Source: Candidatus Saccharimonadales bacterium
GTDB taxonomy: Bacteria; Patescibacteriota; Saccharimonadia; Saccharimonadales; SZUA-47
Reading direction: 5' to 3'
DNA length: 64,000 bases
Assembly (NCBI GenBank): GCA_038211855.1
Contig: JBBQVE010000007.1
Coordinates: 53-64,052, forward strand
The notes under the pieces were generated by a model, which worked only from the letters and a program-made list of their open reading frames with translations, was not told the origin of the DNA and did not search any database. Within the stretch, counting starts at the first letter, position 1, and each line of letters opens with the position of its first letter. Positions 63,749 through 64,000 of this stretch are shown piece after piece. A program made the translations under genes and the position numbers.

Positions 63749-64000
63749 ATCAAACTGAACCGGCTCTGATATCTCTCGAGCTACCGTATGTTGACTATAT
63801 ACCATCGTAAGAACGAGCACAGCATCATTGTCGCTGTCGGCAGCCGATACCTGAAATGCCGTTTTGCCTATTCGCGTCACGACATGTCCGTCAGATGGCC
63901 GGGAATTCTCGTGATCGTAATATTCATATTCTGAAGCCATGGTCGTGGCACCCGGTAGGTCCCTCTTAGGCCAGGCGTGCTTACGGTCATCTGCTTGTAG

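Noticed and set aside
1-64000. Alternative genetic code (UGA read as Gly or Trp, as in some candidate phyla)
   Set aside because: TGA ends well-defined genes, for example DUF2256 at 3437 and the GT2 synthase at 15677, and forms ATGA and GTGA stop/start overlaps. All conserved housekeeping proteins are full length under the standard code.
1-64000. CRISPR arrays, rRNA genes, or intact IS elements/transposases/integrases
   Set aside because: I saw no regularly spaced direct repeats with unique spacers, no rRNA-like conserved blocks, and no ORF with DDE, tyrosine- or serine-recombinase motifs.

Overview
This 64-kb bacterial window uses the standard genetic code: TGA acts as a stop and long ORFs stay intact. 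It is mostly a compact housekeeping backbone. That backbone includes trmD, rpsP, rnc, nusB, rpmF, leuS, ddl, murF, ligA, htpX, secG, pepP, uvrC and five tRNAs. Many genes overlap by 1-8 nt, and many proteins have an N-terminal membrane anchor. The style resembles a small-genome Patescibacteria/Saccharibacteria-like organism, but that placement is inference only. Three accessory regions stand out. (1) Positions 16-3010 (hand-counted GC about 32-38%) hold tRNA-Gln followed by five co-oriented mini-cassettes. Each cassette ends in a 33-48 bp repeat resembling the 3' end of the tRNA, and no integrase is visible. A DUF2256 gene plus a photolyase-related pair and a decayed Mrr-type nuclease lie beyond it. 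(2) Positions 7161-18863 hold a 1798-aa glycine-rich protein with 17-18 Kelch blades, a Crp/Fnr regulator with candidate operators, and a triad of GT2 synthase, radical-copper oxidase and GH6 glycanase. That triad resembles the Streptomyces cslA-glxA-cslZ locus, and a type IV pilin gene sits next to it. (3) Positions 42795-46150 form a roughly 60% GC island directly after tRNA-Ala, carrying a BNR/Asp-box exported protein and a frameshifted HTH gene. Extended -10 elements placed 6-7 nt before start codons recur across the window, which suggests leaderless mRNAs. No CRISPR array, rRNA or intact transposase/integrase was seen.
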